Origin: Lama glama
Taxonomy: Eukaryota
Direction: 5' to 3'
Assembly: GCA_028534125.1 (NCBI GenBank)
Contig: CM052816.1
Coordinates: forward strand, 75,394,001-75,458,000
DNA length: 64,000 nt
Below are positions 39,657-53,200 of the stretch, piece by piece. A program made the translations under genes and the position numbers. A model generated the notes under the pieces. It saw only the letters and a list, made by a program, of their open reading frames with translations. It was not told the DNA's origin and searched no databases. Position 1 is the stretch's first letter. Every line of letters starts with the position of its first letter.

Positions 39657-40125
39657 TGTGGCAGAGATGTCCAGTTGCTTATCAGATATTTTTAGTGGTG
39701 TACATTACCACTCAGAAAAAGACTACATTTCCCAGCCAACCCTACATTCTTACACAATGTGGCATGTGACTAAATTCTAATCAATAAAATAGATGAGGAA
39801 GTGTTCTGTGGGACTTCTGGAAAATTTTCATAAATGGGAAGGGACAAATAACTTTGGTGGCTTACTCCTTTTTGCTGACAACCTGGAACTCAGATATGAT
39901 GGTTAGTGCTCCAGCAGCCATCTTGGACCAAAAGATGGAAATGCACATTTCAAGGATGATGGATCAGAAAATAGGAGCCTAGGTCCTCGGTGACATCATG
40001 AATATTCTCCAAACAAGGATTCACTATATCTGACCTTCCTTTACAGAAGAGAAGGATAGATGCTAATTTGTTTAAACCATTTTTATTTGTGTTTCTTCTG
40101 TTTTATGCAGCAATCTAATCACCTG
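39657..40125 (+). mobile_element. MaLR LTR, MLT1J-like
   Basis: tgtggcaga...gactacatttcccagcc...catgtgactaaattct...gctccagcagccatcttggacca...tgtttaaacca. Confidence 0.8.
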
Positions 40126-42635
40126 TCTCTTACATAAGAATATGTATGATAAATTTCTTGAGTTTCTTCTAGAGTTATTACCAAGAAAGACTTCTTCTTC
40201 CCTAATAGGTTTACTTCACATCTCACTGCTTTTGCTTTTTTTTGGCCTGGTCTACCATGAAGAGCAGAGATGAATGTAGTGGTTGTTTGCAGTAATGACT
40301 CTTGCCCTAGGCTACTGGTATAATGATTGCTATCTCTTCTCTCCACCCCAAGTCTGACCCATACCCACATCTTCCGGTAGTTTACCTCCATTTGAATAGT
40401 CCAGTTGCATATCTTTATAAACTTCCTGAGAAAGTGTTTTTAGAAAGACATAATCACAGGATTTAGAATAATCTGCTAATCAGGAAACAATGCATTTTTA
40501 AAAGGACTAATACAGGAAAGGGCAACCCTGACTTAAATCAGTGCTATTTAAATCCTAAAACTATGAAGTCTTTCTTAGCTGAAACAAAATCAAAGCCAAA
40601 CAAAAACTATATATATATTTTTTTTAAATAATTCAGATTATAAATAAATATAATTCTTATGCTATTGCTTCCTTTGTATACATAGAACTCAGGAACCCAA
40701 CACATAGCTACTTAGAGGTACTAAATTAATTGGTGTTGGATATGAACTTTTATGATAACAGCTGGTAAGTGGCAGAGCCAGGATCTAATCCCAGGACTGA
40801 AACCTCTGCTCTCAGTTCATACTGACCCCTACATTATTATTCTTATTTATAAGACACAGTCTCAAAAAAAAAAAATCTAATCTGCTAAGAGCCATCAACT
40901 TCTGTCCTCTTCAAAGTTTTTTTTTTTTAATTAGAAAAACACATAACAGGAAATAAGCCTGCACAAATCCCACAGTGGCATTTTTGCCTCCTGTCTGAGG
41001 CACCAACATCTTGAAATCTGCAACTTCACGTTGACACACCTCCCGCCCTTCCTCTACCTGCTCTCCTCTCGCTTCCTCTGAGATGTGGTGAAAACTTCTC
41101 AGATCTTCAAGGACTTGCTACAGGTATAAATACATTGGAGAGAAGTGTGGGGTGATTTTCACATTATATAAATAAATGCACAAAATAGAAGCCTTTTTTT
41201 TATTGAGACACAGTTCTGACTGCACTCTCCTTTGTGGGTGGGCAGAGTTGGGCTCACAGTAGATGATTTTGGTAAACCTGCTGTCAGTAGGAGAAGAAAG
41301 TTATATTTCCTTCCAGCAATATCCTACTTAAACACAAAGACTTTCTTAAGAAGATTATTTCAAAAACATAACTCAATAGATTAATGTAAGGGTATATTTT
41401 TCCCTAAGAAATATCCTAAAATAACCTTTTAAAAGCCCAGAGAGAGAACTACCTTAATGTCTCCTGAACAGAGGTTCTAGTTTCCAGAATTTTATTGGTC
41501 TCTTCTCTTCACTCCTTGGTCAGTACTGCCTTAGGATAGTGATGTTATGTTTGTAACTATTGGTCCCCACTGTTAACTCTTCTAGGCAGGGACTACAGCA
41601 TGATGCTAGGAATCCAGATAGTGGTAATGACTCAAAAAATGCCAAAATGAAATGAGTTGCTGATTTAAATCCGTCTTGCCAGCTCTCAGTTCTTCACAGA
41701 GAGATCTGCTCACACCCACACATCTTCTCCTTTATTTGAAGACTTGCAATCCCCTCTACACTGTCCTCTCCAAGCCACTCCTGTTTGTCTAGTTATGTTA
41801 TTCTTTCCTATGGTGATGTGGTTCTTGGTCTTTTGAAGGCTCCTCTCCCTTTGAATGAGTGGGGAGCTAGCTTACTCTTTCATTGATAAACTGAAAGTAG
41901 TTTCAACAGCAATAACACTAGGGCATGCTAATTAGAATGTCAAAGGAGATTCAGCAGGCTGGCATAAATGGCTCTTTCCCATGAGACCTGGTCTTATCCC
42001 TGAGCATTTGAGCCTGAACACTGCCTCCCCGATGCACTTGACATCCTGTTACATGGCGAGTGTAAAGCATGAGGTTTTGTTATTAATCAATTATTCTAAT
42101 TAAGAAAGGTTTGTCTAATTAGTCCTTACATGGACTGCCAATTTTCAAAGGATTTAAATACAATAAAATATAATAAATAGAAAAAATATATTGTACAAAT
42201 ATTTTCTTCAAAATCCAGAAAGTATGTCAAGAATGCACATAGAGCATTTTCCCCAGTCCCTGGAATGTGATAAGTACTCAACTTTAACTAGTTTTATAGT
42301 AAATGAGGATTGCTATGCTCAGAAATGTCAGTAAACAAAAGAAGTATGGATAAAACATAAAAGCAAAGTTGTAGGAACTGTCACAAAGCTCCCTATAGGT
42401 CAGAGGCAGGAGAGGGCTTCTTTTAATAGTGAAACTCACAGGCCACCTAGAAAGGTAAAGCTTTATAGAAGTCAGTCTGTCCTCTGCCTCCTATTCCAGT
42501 TCCCACTTCCATTCCCAAACCCAACCTTACTCCCTTGCCCATCTCATTAAACAATTCATATTTAATCTCCCAATCATACCTCCCAGAACTCATTGGGTAA
42601 TAGAATAAGCAAATTCATGTCTGAGACTAAATTTT

Positions 42636-43054
42636 CAGCCTAATATATAAAGCTCATGCTGCAGAATCTGAGATGAAGATTAACATTCAGGAAGTTTATT
42701 AGGGAGTATTCCTGGGATCAAGAGTGAGGAGAGAAAAACAAATAGTATTGGACAGCAGGAGAATTGCGGCTTTGATGCATTCAAATCAAGGTCTCAGCCA
42801 ACACCACTGGAAGCTCCAGATTTAGCTGGGAGTCCTTAAGAGTTGTTTCAAGTTGGGTCAATAGACTCAGGATATTAATTCTCAAGTCAACCAGTCAGTG
42901 GAGCAAGCTGCCATGGGAAAGGATTGTGACCTTGTGCAAGGTTGACTCTCTTCAATCAAGGCAATCCCAAAAGAGGCAGACAGCTCTCCACAGCTGGAGA
43001 ATAAATCTTTCATCCTGGAGGAGGATCAGAGCGGCACAAACCAGCATCCACACA
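42636..43054 (-). mobile_element. ERVL solo LTR, LTR16-like
   Basis: gcagaatctgagatgaag...gtttattagggagt...ccagtcagtggagcaagctgcc...gtgaccttg...aggcaatccc; related to the element at 740-1170. Confidence 0.65.
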
Positions 43055-43654
43055 GGGTATACATTTTCTCCATTTAAGTTTTCCAAAGTCAACTGGTATT
43101 TTTAGAATTGTCTTTACTTGCTTTATGCATATATGCAATATATTGATGTCTCCTGATTAGCATTATAATTACCAATGCTAAGTAATAAAATACTATAACT
43201 TTGTGGATGATCAAACTTGGAAGTACTGAATTGGTTGTTATGTTCATACCTCCTTTTTCAAATAGAATAGTTCACCCATCTTTCTTGCCCAGCTGTTGCT
43301 AAGTAATTTGCAACTCAAGAAAGGCTAAGGGAGGTATAAACAATGCACAGATGTCTCTCTGACTTCCTTTATTGTGTTCCTCCGAGAGGTGTTATGGAAA
43401 TCATCCATTGGCTTTGCCAGAGTTCATTGAGGAGGTTGATCATAATGGGAATGAGCAAGTGCGTGAGAATAAAGAGCAGTTCTGCTCTTCCCATCAAAAA
43501 AAGTGACTGGAGGTGCTATGTCAAGATGCCACCAGAATTTAGACTTTTGGAAAATAGTTTCATAGGTAATTTAATTATGATACATAAGCAATTATTTGCA
43601 TCATAAAAATATGCAGAAATATGATTGTAGATGGCTGAGTTTCTCAATTACTTC

Positions 43655-45280
43655 ACTCATTCACCAGTAAATTTCTAGAGGCCCACTAAGAACCTTGGAG
43701 ATACAATAGTAAGTACAAAAGATACACCTACTTCTTTCATGGAGACTGCAGAATAGTGGGGTAAATATTCTAACCACAAATATACAGTAAAGTCTGAGGT
43801 GTCACAGGAACATAAGCAGGGTTTCTAATCTAAATTAAGAAATTCCTTTAGATCTCCAAAAGGAAGTGACATTTAAGCTGAAACTCAAAATATGAGTTGG
43901 ATTTAGACATTCAAAGTAGTCAAGGAAAGGTGTTTTAAGTAAAGGCAACAGTGTATGCAAAGGTTCAGAGGAAAAAGAGAGAAAGGTATATTTCAGAAGA
44001 TAACCAAAAGAATATTGTATGTTCTAAGGAAATAATGAGAGGTGACTTAGAGGTCAAGGAGGAGAGAAGGAGTAAATCATGAAGGACACTGTAAACCATG
44101 GTAAAGGGCTTGGACTTTATTGTGGTGAAATGTGGCAGCCACTGAAAGATTTAAAGCAGAGAAAAGATATGAACATAATTTAATTTTATAAAAATGATTT
44201 TGGTGGTAGTGTAGAGAGTATAGACTGGGGAGAGCAAGACTGAGGGCAGAACCCAGGAAGGAGGAAAAATGATGACAGACTTTACTCGGATGTTGGAGCT
44301 GGAGAAGGAAAGACATGATTAAATTTAAGAGATATTTGTCAACTAGAATCATGAGCACTTAATGATTGACTGGATGACAAGAGGAAGAGATGGAGAGTCA
44401 GGAATCACTCCCATTGGGCAATTTGGTAGAGAATAGTACCATTTCCTGTGTCCAGGAAGGCTGGAAGGAGAGAAGATTCAGAATGGAGCTGACAAATTCA
44501 CTTTTGTGCATTTGAGGTTGAGGAACCATTGAGATACTGAGAGGGAGAATTTCACCAGCAATTTGACTTTGTTTTGAGGATCCCTGTCCTAGACATGTAC
44601 ATTAAAGCCATGAGAAAGAATGATATTGACCAGGGAAGGCTTGGAGACCAAAAAGAGCAGTAGACTTAGAGCCATGAGGAAAATCAATGTTCAAGGACCG
44701 GGTAGAGAACAGAGTCACCAGTGCATTTGAGGAAATAGCATGCAAAGTCTTAGGAAGAAAACAAGAAGAGGTTGTTTGGCAGAGATTGTTATCTGAGCAC
44801 CAATCTGCTTCCTCTTCTTTCTAGACTGTTTTCCTCAGCCTCCCAGGAAGTTCAGTCTTGCCATATGGTTAAGCTCTAGCTTACGGAATGAGAGCAAAAG
44901 TGTTGAAAGCCACTTTCAAAGCTGCTGCATAAAAATCTCCCATAATGATCTCTCTCTTCTCAATCTAGTGGCTCAAAGTCAACACCCAGAGGAAGCCAGA
45001 AACTTTCCTTTTCCCCTGAGGGAAAACACTATTGGACTTCACAGAGTAAGCATCAAACTTTTGTGTTAAGCCACAGAGACTGGGGGTGGAGCTACTGCAA
45101 CAGAAGCCTTACCTTCACTTCTACAATGTGAACTCATGAAGCCGACGGAAGAGGCTATTTCAAAATGGAGGGAGTGTTCAGCAATGTCAAGTGACTGCTG
45201 AAAAGTCAATCAAGTTAAGTACTGAAAGGAGTCTCTCAGATTTAGGAAGGTACAGGTCCTGAGTCACCTCCATGCATCAA
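43655..45280 (-). mobile_element. L2 interrupted by a MaLR LTR
   Basis: cactcattcaccagtaaat...aggaagtgacatttaagctga...gcagccactgaaagatttaaagcag; resumes after about 45125. Confidence 0.75.
44776..45125 (+). mobile_element. MaLR LTR, MLT1I-like, nested in L2
   Basis: ttggcagag...cagcctccc...ccatatggttaagctctagc...attggacttc...tgtgttaagccacagaga. Confidence 0.7.
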
Positions 45281-45689
45281 TATTTACAGATGAAGATTTT
45301 AGAATAAACCTAAACATATCTAGGATCTTTTTTTCTAAGGTTGTTTCTGCACTCATAAATCAATTTGACTATCTTGACAAACTTTGTGGATGGGGTGTTG
45401 TCAATGTCATTTTTTCAGTCAAATAAGATTTCTGAGATGGTTACACAATTGAATTTTGATTTATTAACTCAGTCCTCAGTTTTCAAGTGATCAAGTAGAT
45501 TATTTAACTCTTTGATTCAATTTGGATGAAAAAAACAAAGACTGTTCAAAGTGTCAGAGAAAAACTTGGGATCTATAATAATCAGTCAATCAACCAACCA
45601 ATTAATAAATGGCTGTCTTGCCTGGCTTAAGCAATTACACCTACTATGAATTCTTTGAATTTTTAAATCAGTGATTTAAATCTAAATTT

Positions 45690-45880
45690 TACACACATTA
45701 AGCATTAATGTGTATGAAAGCCATAAAGACCTAGTTTTAAAGTGTAGAGACCCAGAACCCACATCCAAATATTCCAATTCATTAAATAGGCTTTGGGTCC
45801 AAGAATTCATGCTGTTTTTTTTTTTTAAAAAACACTTCAGGTGGGTCTGATAGGTGTGCTCCTCAGCCCACACTTTGCTG
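45690..45880. mobile_element. MER5-family MITE relic
   Basis: cccagaacccacatcc...gggtccaagaattcatg...caggtgggtctga...cccacactttg. Confidence 0.5.
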
Positions 45881-46984
45881 CACACTGATCTGCATCTACT
45901 GGAATGCTTCAAATTCACATTTGCTCTCAAAAGAGGAACTACAACTAAGCCTTAGATAGTTGGCACCAGAAAGAAAATTTGAGGAAAAAATATCAGAAAA
46001 TCATTTTTGTTATAAGGGAATGGAAGGGAGAATTACAAAAGACAATGTCACATTTTTCTTTCCTTATTAATTTACAGGCATTATTTATTCCATTTTTATA
46101 CATTCTCTCCTCATTGTGAAATTTCAAATAAAATGTTAGTTCAGTGATGAAATTTTCCCCTTTCAGAGCCCCAAAATAAAGTTAGCAGGTGATGCAGCCA
46201 GCTCCTATAGTAATTGGTTGCACTATGAACTCATAATGAAAACAAGCATGGTTTTTTACCAGTCTTCAGATGCACAGAAAGGCAGCTGAAGATAATATCA
46301 CCCACCACATCCTGCTAGTGCCGGAAGCCTATGCCTTGTGTATGTAGCTTGCACAATGCCTGTTCATCATTAAACTTGCTTTTGCTCCCATTAAATTGAT
46401 TTCTGAAAGAATTACTCTATTGGCAGCAATTTCATATGTACAAAAGTAAGCAACTGAAACTTTCAGAAGCTTGTATACAAGAGGTTTATGAGGACTCCAT
46501 ATTTCATGCCTAGCCTGATTTTGTGCTGGACTAATCTCAGTAGCTAATCCAACTAACCTGGAAAAAAGAAGGAAGCAAGGCAGGCAGGCAGGCAGGGAGG
46601 GAGGGAGGGAGGAAATGAGCGATTGCAGTTAATTAACTCCAAGGAACCAAAATAACCATCACACACACACAGAGCATTGCTTCATATGGAACATCTATTG
46701 ATAACGTGAATGAAAGCTTGAAAAGTGGAGTTAAAAGGGAAATTGGCCATGCATATAAACATGTGACAGAACTTGAAAGTCAGTTTTCATCAAGTAAGAC
46801 TATACGCTACCTTTTACATGATAGCCTCATTCTAACAGAATCTTACTTCCCAGCAAACTCACCTTTTAAGACAGCCCTCCTACTCTTATTCTTTGAGTTA
46901 TAAAAAATAGGAACTCCTCTTCCCACCCCATCCAGATGCATATCCATTTAAAACACTCATTCTTCTACTTTCCATTTATTCTCC

Positions 46985-47120
46985 TGGATCTGTTTCCTCG
47001 TTTGTAGAGGTGGGATAGTCAAAGAACTGACTTCATTAATTTGTGAGAATTAAATGAGATGATGTATGTAAGACGTTTAGGAGAATGTCTGGCATTTTGT
47101 AAGTCTTATACAAATGTTGT
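46985..47120 (+). mobile_element. MIR fragment
   Basis: tctgtttcctcgtttgta...gtgagaattaaatgagatgatgtatgtaa...tgtctggca. Confidence 0.7.
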
Positions 47121-47447
47121 TCAGGAAAAATATTAGGCACAGGTGTTTCTGCCATATCACCATATGTAGGCATTCTTCACTTTTTGCAAAATCACATACT
47201 AATCATAACAACACTCATGGGAAAAATAGGGTTAGGAGCAGATACTGAAAAACCTAAGGTGCTTTGTAACCAGGACACCAACAAAAACAGTAAGATTCCT
47301 AAAGATACTAGCAGAGTTAAATCTCCACTGGCCTTTGCCCCCAAAATCAGAGAGAGTCTACCCTTTGATGTCTCAAATCCTGGCCCTCAAGCTCCCCTCC
47401 TTGGAGATGTAGGTCTTAACAACAGCCATTTTAAAAAAGAACAATTA

Positions 47448-47645
47448 ACTATATATAAAATAGACAGACAAGTTCATACTGTATAGCACAGGGAACTATA
47501 CTCAATATCTTGTAGTAACCTATAATGAAAAAGAATATGAAAAGGAATATATGTACATATATGTGTGACTGAAACATTATGTAGTACACCAGAAATTGAC
47601 ACATCGTAAACTGACTATGCTTCAATAAAAAAGAATGCCAAAAAT
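47448..47645 (+). mobile_element. Short young L1 3' end
   Basis: ctgtatagcacagggaactatactcaatatcttgtagtaacc...cttcaataaaaaag; approximate TSD aaaagaacaatta / aaaagacagtta. Confidence 0.88.
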
Positions 47646-48879
47646 AAAAGACAGTTACATCCAAAATAAAAATGTGATTCATAATTTTGTTCTTTTTTGT
47701 TGTTACTGTCTTGTCTTAACACAGGGACACGTCTGCCCAGGTTCTTAACCTGCATTCACAGTTTTCTCAGGTAGTTTAGCATAATGGACAGTATAGAGGG
47801 CCTTCCTGCCACTGAAGCAGCCACTGCTCGCACTAAAGGAAAATATTTGGAAACTTAGCTTTTTTCTTTTTCAAATCTCTTCAAATACCATTAAAGCTTT
47901 TTTTAATTGTGTTTAACTGTGAAAAAGCTGAACCTTGATCACTTCCAAAGATGAACAGACTAGGAAAAATCATGTTTGGTCCAATTTGTTTTCTCTGTTA
48001 TGCTGACATCATTCTCCTAATTACCTACTGAATATGAGTTGATTTGCATTGTAAATTATGTATTGTAGCAGAACAGACTGTAGATGTAATAAAAAAAATA
48101 TCCAGAGGAGCTGAGAATTGTGCGATGATAAATAGTGCCTCACAGGTCCAACCCCCGCCCCCATATTCTTTTCAGAAATGACTTGAGCCCAATTATGAGG
48201 AGGTAACAAATGTGATCTTGTTAGAAGTTTGGAATAGCGTGTGCGTTGGTGCACCCTGGTGGTTAGCAGAGGACAGCCAGAAAGGATATGTTTGGCTAAT
48301 ACATTAACCAAAGAAAGCAGCTCTGTTCTTTTAACTTCCTTTCCATCTCAGCCAGTAATAAACAGACAAATAATACTCAACTCTGAGCTTCCTCGGAGAA
48401 CATTCTTTTGTTGGTGTTTTTTTCCTTTCTTTGATTATCATTCCTTGCTTTTTTTGTTTTCCCTTTTCTCATTTCTTCTTCAAAACCAAGGTAGAAAATA
48501 AGTAGATTTTAACTGTTGTTCTAAAAGCAAGAGCTGTTTTCCTGAAAGATTTTAGCTCCTAGATCCTTTGAGGGGAACTAATGGGAATGTGGTATGACCA
48601 GAAACAGCAGTTCTCAAATGACTTATGGACGCTCTTCAAGAAAACTGATGCTCCGGTAGACTATTGATAAGCATGCTACCCACCCAGCAAGCCTCATAGG
48701 GAGCACTGAGCAAAGGCCAACTAACTGTAAGTGTACGGCCTGAAAGTTCCTCACTCGTGTCCCCAGTCCATCTCTACCATAACCCATTGTCCATTTCCGG
48801 TTACCCACCTGCCCTCCGACATCATTCCTTTGCTACATCCACAATGGAAGTTCTGTCATTTTTGCCTTACTTTTTCATG

Positions 48880-49220
48880 CTTTTGCAAATGTCATTCTCT
48901 CTACTTGAAATGTCCTCTACCAATTCTTTGTCTGCAAAATTTACTTTTTAGGACCCAAATTCACCTTCCCTGGAATAATTTCCTTACCTTTGTAGGCCCT
49001 GTTGCTCATCTAGTTCCCATTTTCCTTTGTATTTGTTCCCTTTTGGTGCATGTTAGTAGTTACTATACTCCGTGGGCCCTGTTCATTAACTTGTTTCCCA
49101 TAGTAGAAGGCGAGCCCCTGAGGGTACGTGTGTGTCTATCTCTTCCTCATCACAGCTTCTTCACCAGTGCCTGGGACTATGTCAGGAACGCAGTAGGGAT
49201 TCAATAAAGGTTTTCTGAAA
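48880..49220 (+). mobile_element. L2 3' end fragment
   Basis: gagcccctgagggta...cagtgcctgg...cagtagggattcaataaaggttttctgaa. Confidence 0.5.
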
Positions 49221-49672
49221 GAACCCAGACATAAGTGAAAGAGGTGTTTGTAGTGAAAATAAAGGGAGTAAATCAGGGATTAGTGAAAGAGGAAGAAAGA
49301 AAATGACAGTACTCAGTCTATAAATAACAGTCATCCTCTCAGAATACTTTTTGCCAAACAAATACACCCGGGCTAGGCAAATTCTTACCACATCAGTTGA
49401 CTTCTTCATAAAAGGTAAGCCTACATTTATGGGGAAAGAAACTGATATTATAGCTTATATACCATGAGTACCATTAAAATAAACTCCCTTTCTGAAAAAT
49501 AAATAGTAGTTTTTCTTAATGTTGACATCCTGGGCAAATTCTTAACACAGCAAAACTTCAGATTAGCACTATTGCATCTTTTAACTTGTGTTAATCTGGA
49601 ATAAGAGTAGGAGAAAAGAAAAGAGTTTTTATTTATGGAAAATGTAGAATTATACACTTTTAAAACAAGAAT

Positions 49673-50207
49673 TGTTTCAGTTATTTACAGTTGCAAATAA
49701 ACTACCCCAAATCTAAGTGGCCTAAAACAACAATCTTTTATTTTATCTAAAGATTTTATCTGCCACAAATTCAGCTAGGATTCAACTGTGTCCTCTGTTC
49801 CACGTCTCATTGACTGTGGTCCCTCTATGATATTTAGCTAGAAGCTAAGCTGTGCTGGGTAGTTCAAGACGGCTTTCTCGCCTGCCTGCTGCCTGGGTGG
49901 GGCCAGCTGGGAGACTGGGCTCAGCTGGGCTCCTCCTTGTCACCATATAGTCTCAGGACCTTTTTAGCAGTGAAGCTGAACTTTATATATGACAGCTCCA
50001 GGCTCCAAGAGACAAGACAAAAGCTGCTCTCCTCCCAAAGATTAAGACCAGTCCGACGTGGTATCACTCTTACTGAGCTCTGTTGGTCAAAGCAGTGACT
50101 GGCTGGGCTAGATTCAAGGATGGAGAGGAATAGATTCCATCTCTTGATGGAGGAGGGTTTGTGATACAGACAGAGAAGAAATAAAGGTGGCCAGGCTGGG
50201 AACCACA
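49673..50207 (-). mobile_element. MaLR LTR, MLT1F/G/H-like
   Basis: taaactaccccaaatctaagtggcctaaaacaac...tgttggtcaaagcagt...agattcaagg...gaatagattccatctcttgatgg. Confidence 0.78.
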
Positions 50208-53200
50208 GAAATAAAAATTCTTTCTTTTAAGAAGATAGAGTAACTTGATTCAGGTTTAAATCAGTCAGTGAATGATTATTGAGTATTTATTGTGTGCCTT
50301 GCTCTCTGCTCAGTTTTATTTGGTCTACCTTAAAGTCCTTAGAAGGCCTGTTTTCATGAAATAGATGCTATGACTGATGATGATTTTTAGAAAAACCATC
50401 TCCATTTGTCCTCAAAAAAAAAAAAAAAAAAGCCCTCCCTGGGTTGGGTCTCAGAATAGGCAAAGCATCCATTCTAGCTACCTGTGTGGTTGCAGGCAAC
50501 TTAGCAGGCCTTTTCAGAGCTTCAGTTTTTTTATCTGCAAAATTTATTTAACTAGTTTAGGGGCTACTCTCTGTCTGTACTGGTCTAAGTACTAGTGTTG
50601 CAAAGAAACACGGGACCATTCATGAATCAAAGAACTCATAAGAAAAGGACACATTCATGTGTAATTATAATGCACAATTTTATGACAGTACTGATTGCTA
50701 AGGTCTCTTTTATATCTAAAGTTGTGTGACTCTATGAGTTTTAATTAACTTACACATAATTTATATGTAAATGAGTGTCTGAAGAAATTACTCTCTTAAG
50801 GATTTAAAATATGCATCTGTACAATTTGTTTACATTATTAATTTGTAATTGACTGCACTTCAATCTCTTCTTACAGAGTCATAAGACTACAACTGACAGA
50901 GGTTAAGAGTGCATTCATTTCAGTTCTTTCCTCTAGAGACAGAAAACTTGAGACACAGAGAGGTTAAGGGACTTGTCTTACACCACACAGCTTGTTACTG
51001 GCAAAGGAGGCCAGGCCAGTGTGTTCTGCACTTTACAGACCTGCTTGCCTTTAGAGACATTTTAGTCCGTTATCTCTTTGCCCACTGAGATGCTAAGTTC
51101 TAGAGCTCTGCCAATTTAGTTGCATCTTGTTTACCTTCACCAGAATTCTTGCACATTTTTGATGAAGAGAACTTTAACCTCTCTACTTCACAAGTTTTAG
51201 AATTCATGCAGGGATGTGGTGACATTTCTTTGGCCATGGAGGAAGGTCCCTAAGTATGTGCACACTAAAACACGGTTACAAATTCTACTTTCAGTTGCTC
51301 TGCAATTCCTAACTGGAGTGAGCTTAGAAAATACAGTTGTTTGCAAATCTAAAAATTCCTTCATTACTCAAACCATAGTATCACCCCACTTTTTATTACT
51401 CGTAATCAACAAGACACGTACGAGAGACATGGCTTTTCCGAGCCTCTTTTCTTTCTCTCAGCTGTCAGGGAGAAGCACAGATTTCCAGAGTATCGGCATA
51501 AGGATGGATCTGAGGATACCTCTATGTCAATCTCCACACTTTCCAGATGTGAAAGCGGAGAACTTAGCAGCCTTTTCTAAGTTCCCGTAGACAGTCACCA
51601 GAGCTTAAACCAGAGTCCAGCTTTCTGATGCTTAGGTAGAGCCCATGTCTAAATGAAAGAGCTTTGCTGGAACATCCTCGGAAAATTATATTCTAATTTA
51701 GGGTGAATACAAAAATTCTCTTCCAAAAAGAAATCCTACTGTTTGCTATAGCTCAGAGAAGAACTTTTAAAATCTTTCCTGCCCTTCCATTCACAAAGAC
51801 ATTTTCTTCTCAGGCGGTTCCGCTGGTCCATATAGCTATGCCCTGGGTAACAGGAAAACATCCCTAAGTCTTAATGAAATAACACAAAAGGAATGAGCTT
51901 TCATGTTTGCTTCAGTACTTTTTTGTTGATATCAAAATGGTTTGATGTGGAAATTCCTTGAGCCGCTGTTTTCTGCCTACAGACAGTTTCCTCCTATTTT
52001 TCCAAATTAAGAAATTGACATCATATTTTAAAGATAAATGATTATGCAAATTACTTCTTCCTTTAGCTTCAGCCAAGGCTAGTTAGTGTAGACATACCTA
52101 ACCCAGAGCAGAAACTAGCAGGAGATAATACGGCCTGCCCTTCCGGCAGTAGTGAGTGCATTTCTGCTCAGTGGCCTCCTTGCTGTTTCTCTTCATTTAT
52201 CCCCCAAAGGCCACCAAATCTTCCTGCCCGAGTCTCCTTTATCTCTTGCTTATTCTTCCCTCTAAACTTACACTCCTTATCTTACTGTGATCTTTCTCAA
52301 GGTTTCCTTTTTGCAGGCATCAGTGTAAATCTTAAACAGCACAATGTTCAGACACCACAAGTATTAATATCACACAGATCAGTCATCTAAGAGGAAAAAA
52401 ATAGTTCACTTTCGTTCTCTGTGTATTGATGTCTAGCCTGACTCTACCTGTATTTTGAGTTGAATAGGAAGCATTTAGTCTATTTTAAGAATAGGTTCCC
52501 AGTGAGTAGGCTCATCTCTTTTGACCTAATCATAAAGAAAACACCTGGACCTTTCAAAAATATCCTGATTCTGACTCCCGGTCAGAATGAATTGGAAGAA
52601 CGCTGACCTTTGGTGTATAAACCCTTGGGGGTGTTCACTTACTCCTCTCAATGGGATTGGTTGATATTTCCCCCTGCTTCTAGTGTAGCCTAGAGCCATG
52701 TCTTTAAAACAGCTTTTTAAAAAATTAGACAGAGAAATCAAAGAGCTAGCCTCAAGGACATAGGCAAACAGAGGCCAGACTTGTCTTTTTGGCAGGCTGA
52801 GAGCTCTCCATTTGGTTGTGGCAGGAAGCCTAATGAGAAAGAAAGCCATTAATTGAATAAACAAAACCTCGCAGTTGGATCAGAGGAGGCAGTAGAGGCA
52901 ACATCACATTAGCCAGCTCCTAGCTTTTTCTAGGAAGCAATTACACGTGTTCCAAAGACTTGGTTTGGTTTGGCCCACCACAGTCACATCCAGGGAAAGA
53001 ACTCCAGGGTGTACGCTGCTTAACCACTGCGCACATCTTGCATTTGGGCTTTATCTCAGAGGCTAAACTGTAATGTCGTGGTTGCATCCCTTCCATATGA
53101 AGAGAGACAGAAACAGTCTCCAGGTTTTAAGAGCTATATAGCCCAGAACAGTCTGTTAGCTCTCTTTTTGGATGGATTCACTTGCTGGCTCCCATGGTCT

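Noticed and set aside
48731..49207. 158-aa ORF
   Set aside because: Overlaps a degraded L2; non-ATG start; no homology recognised.
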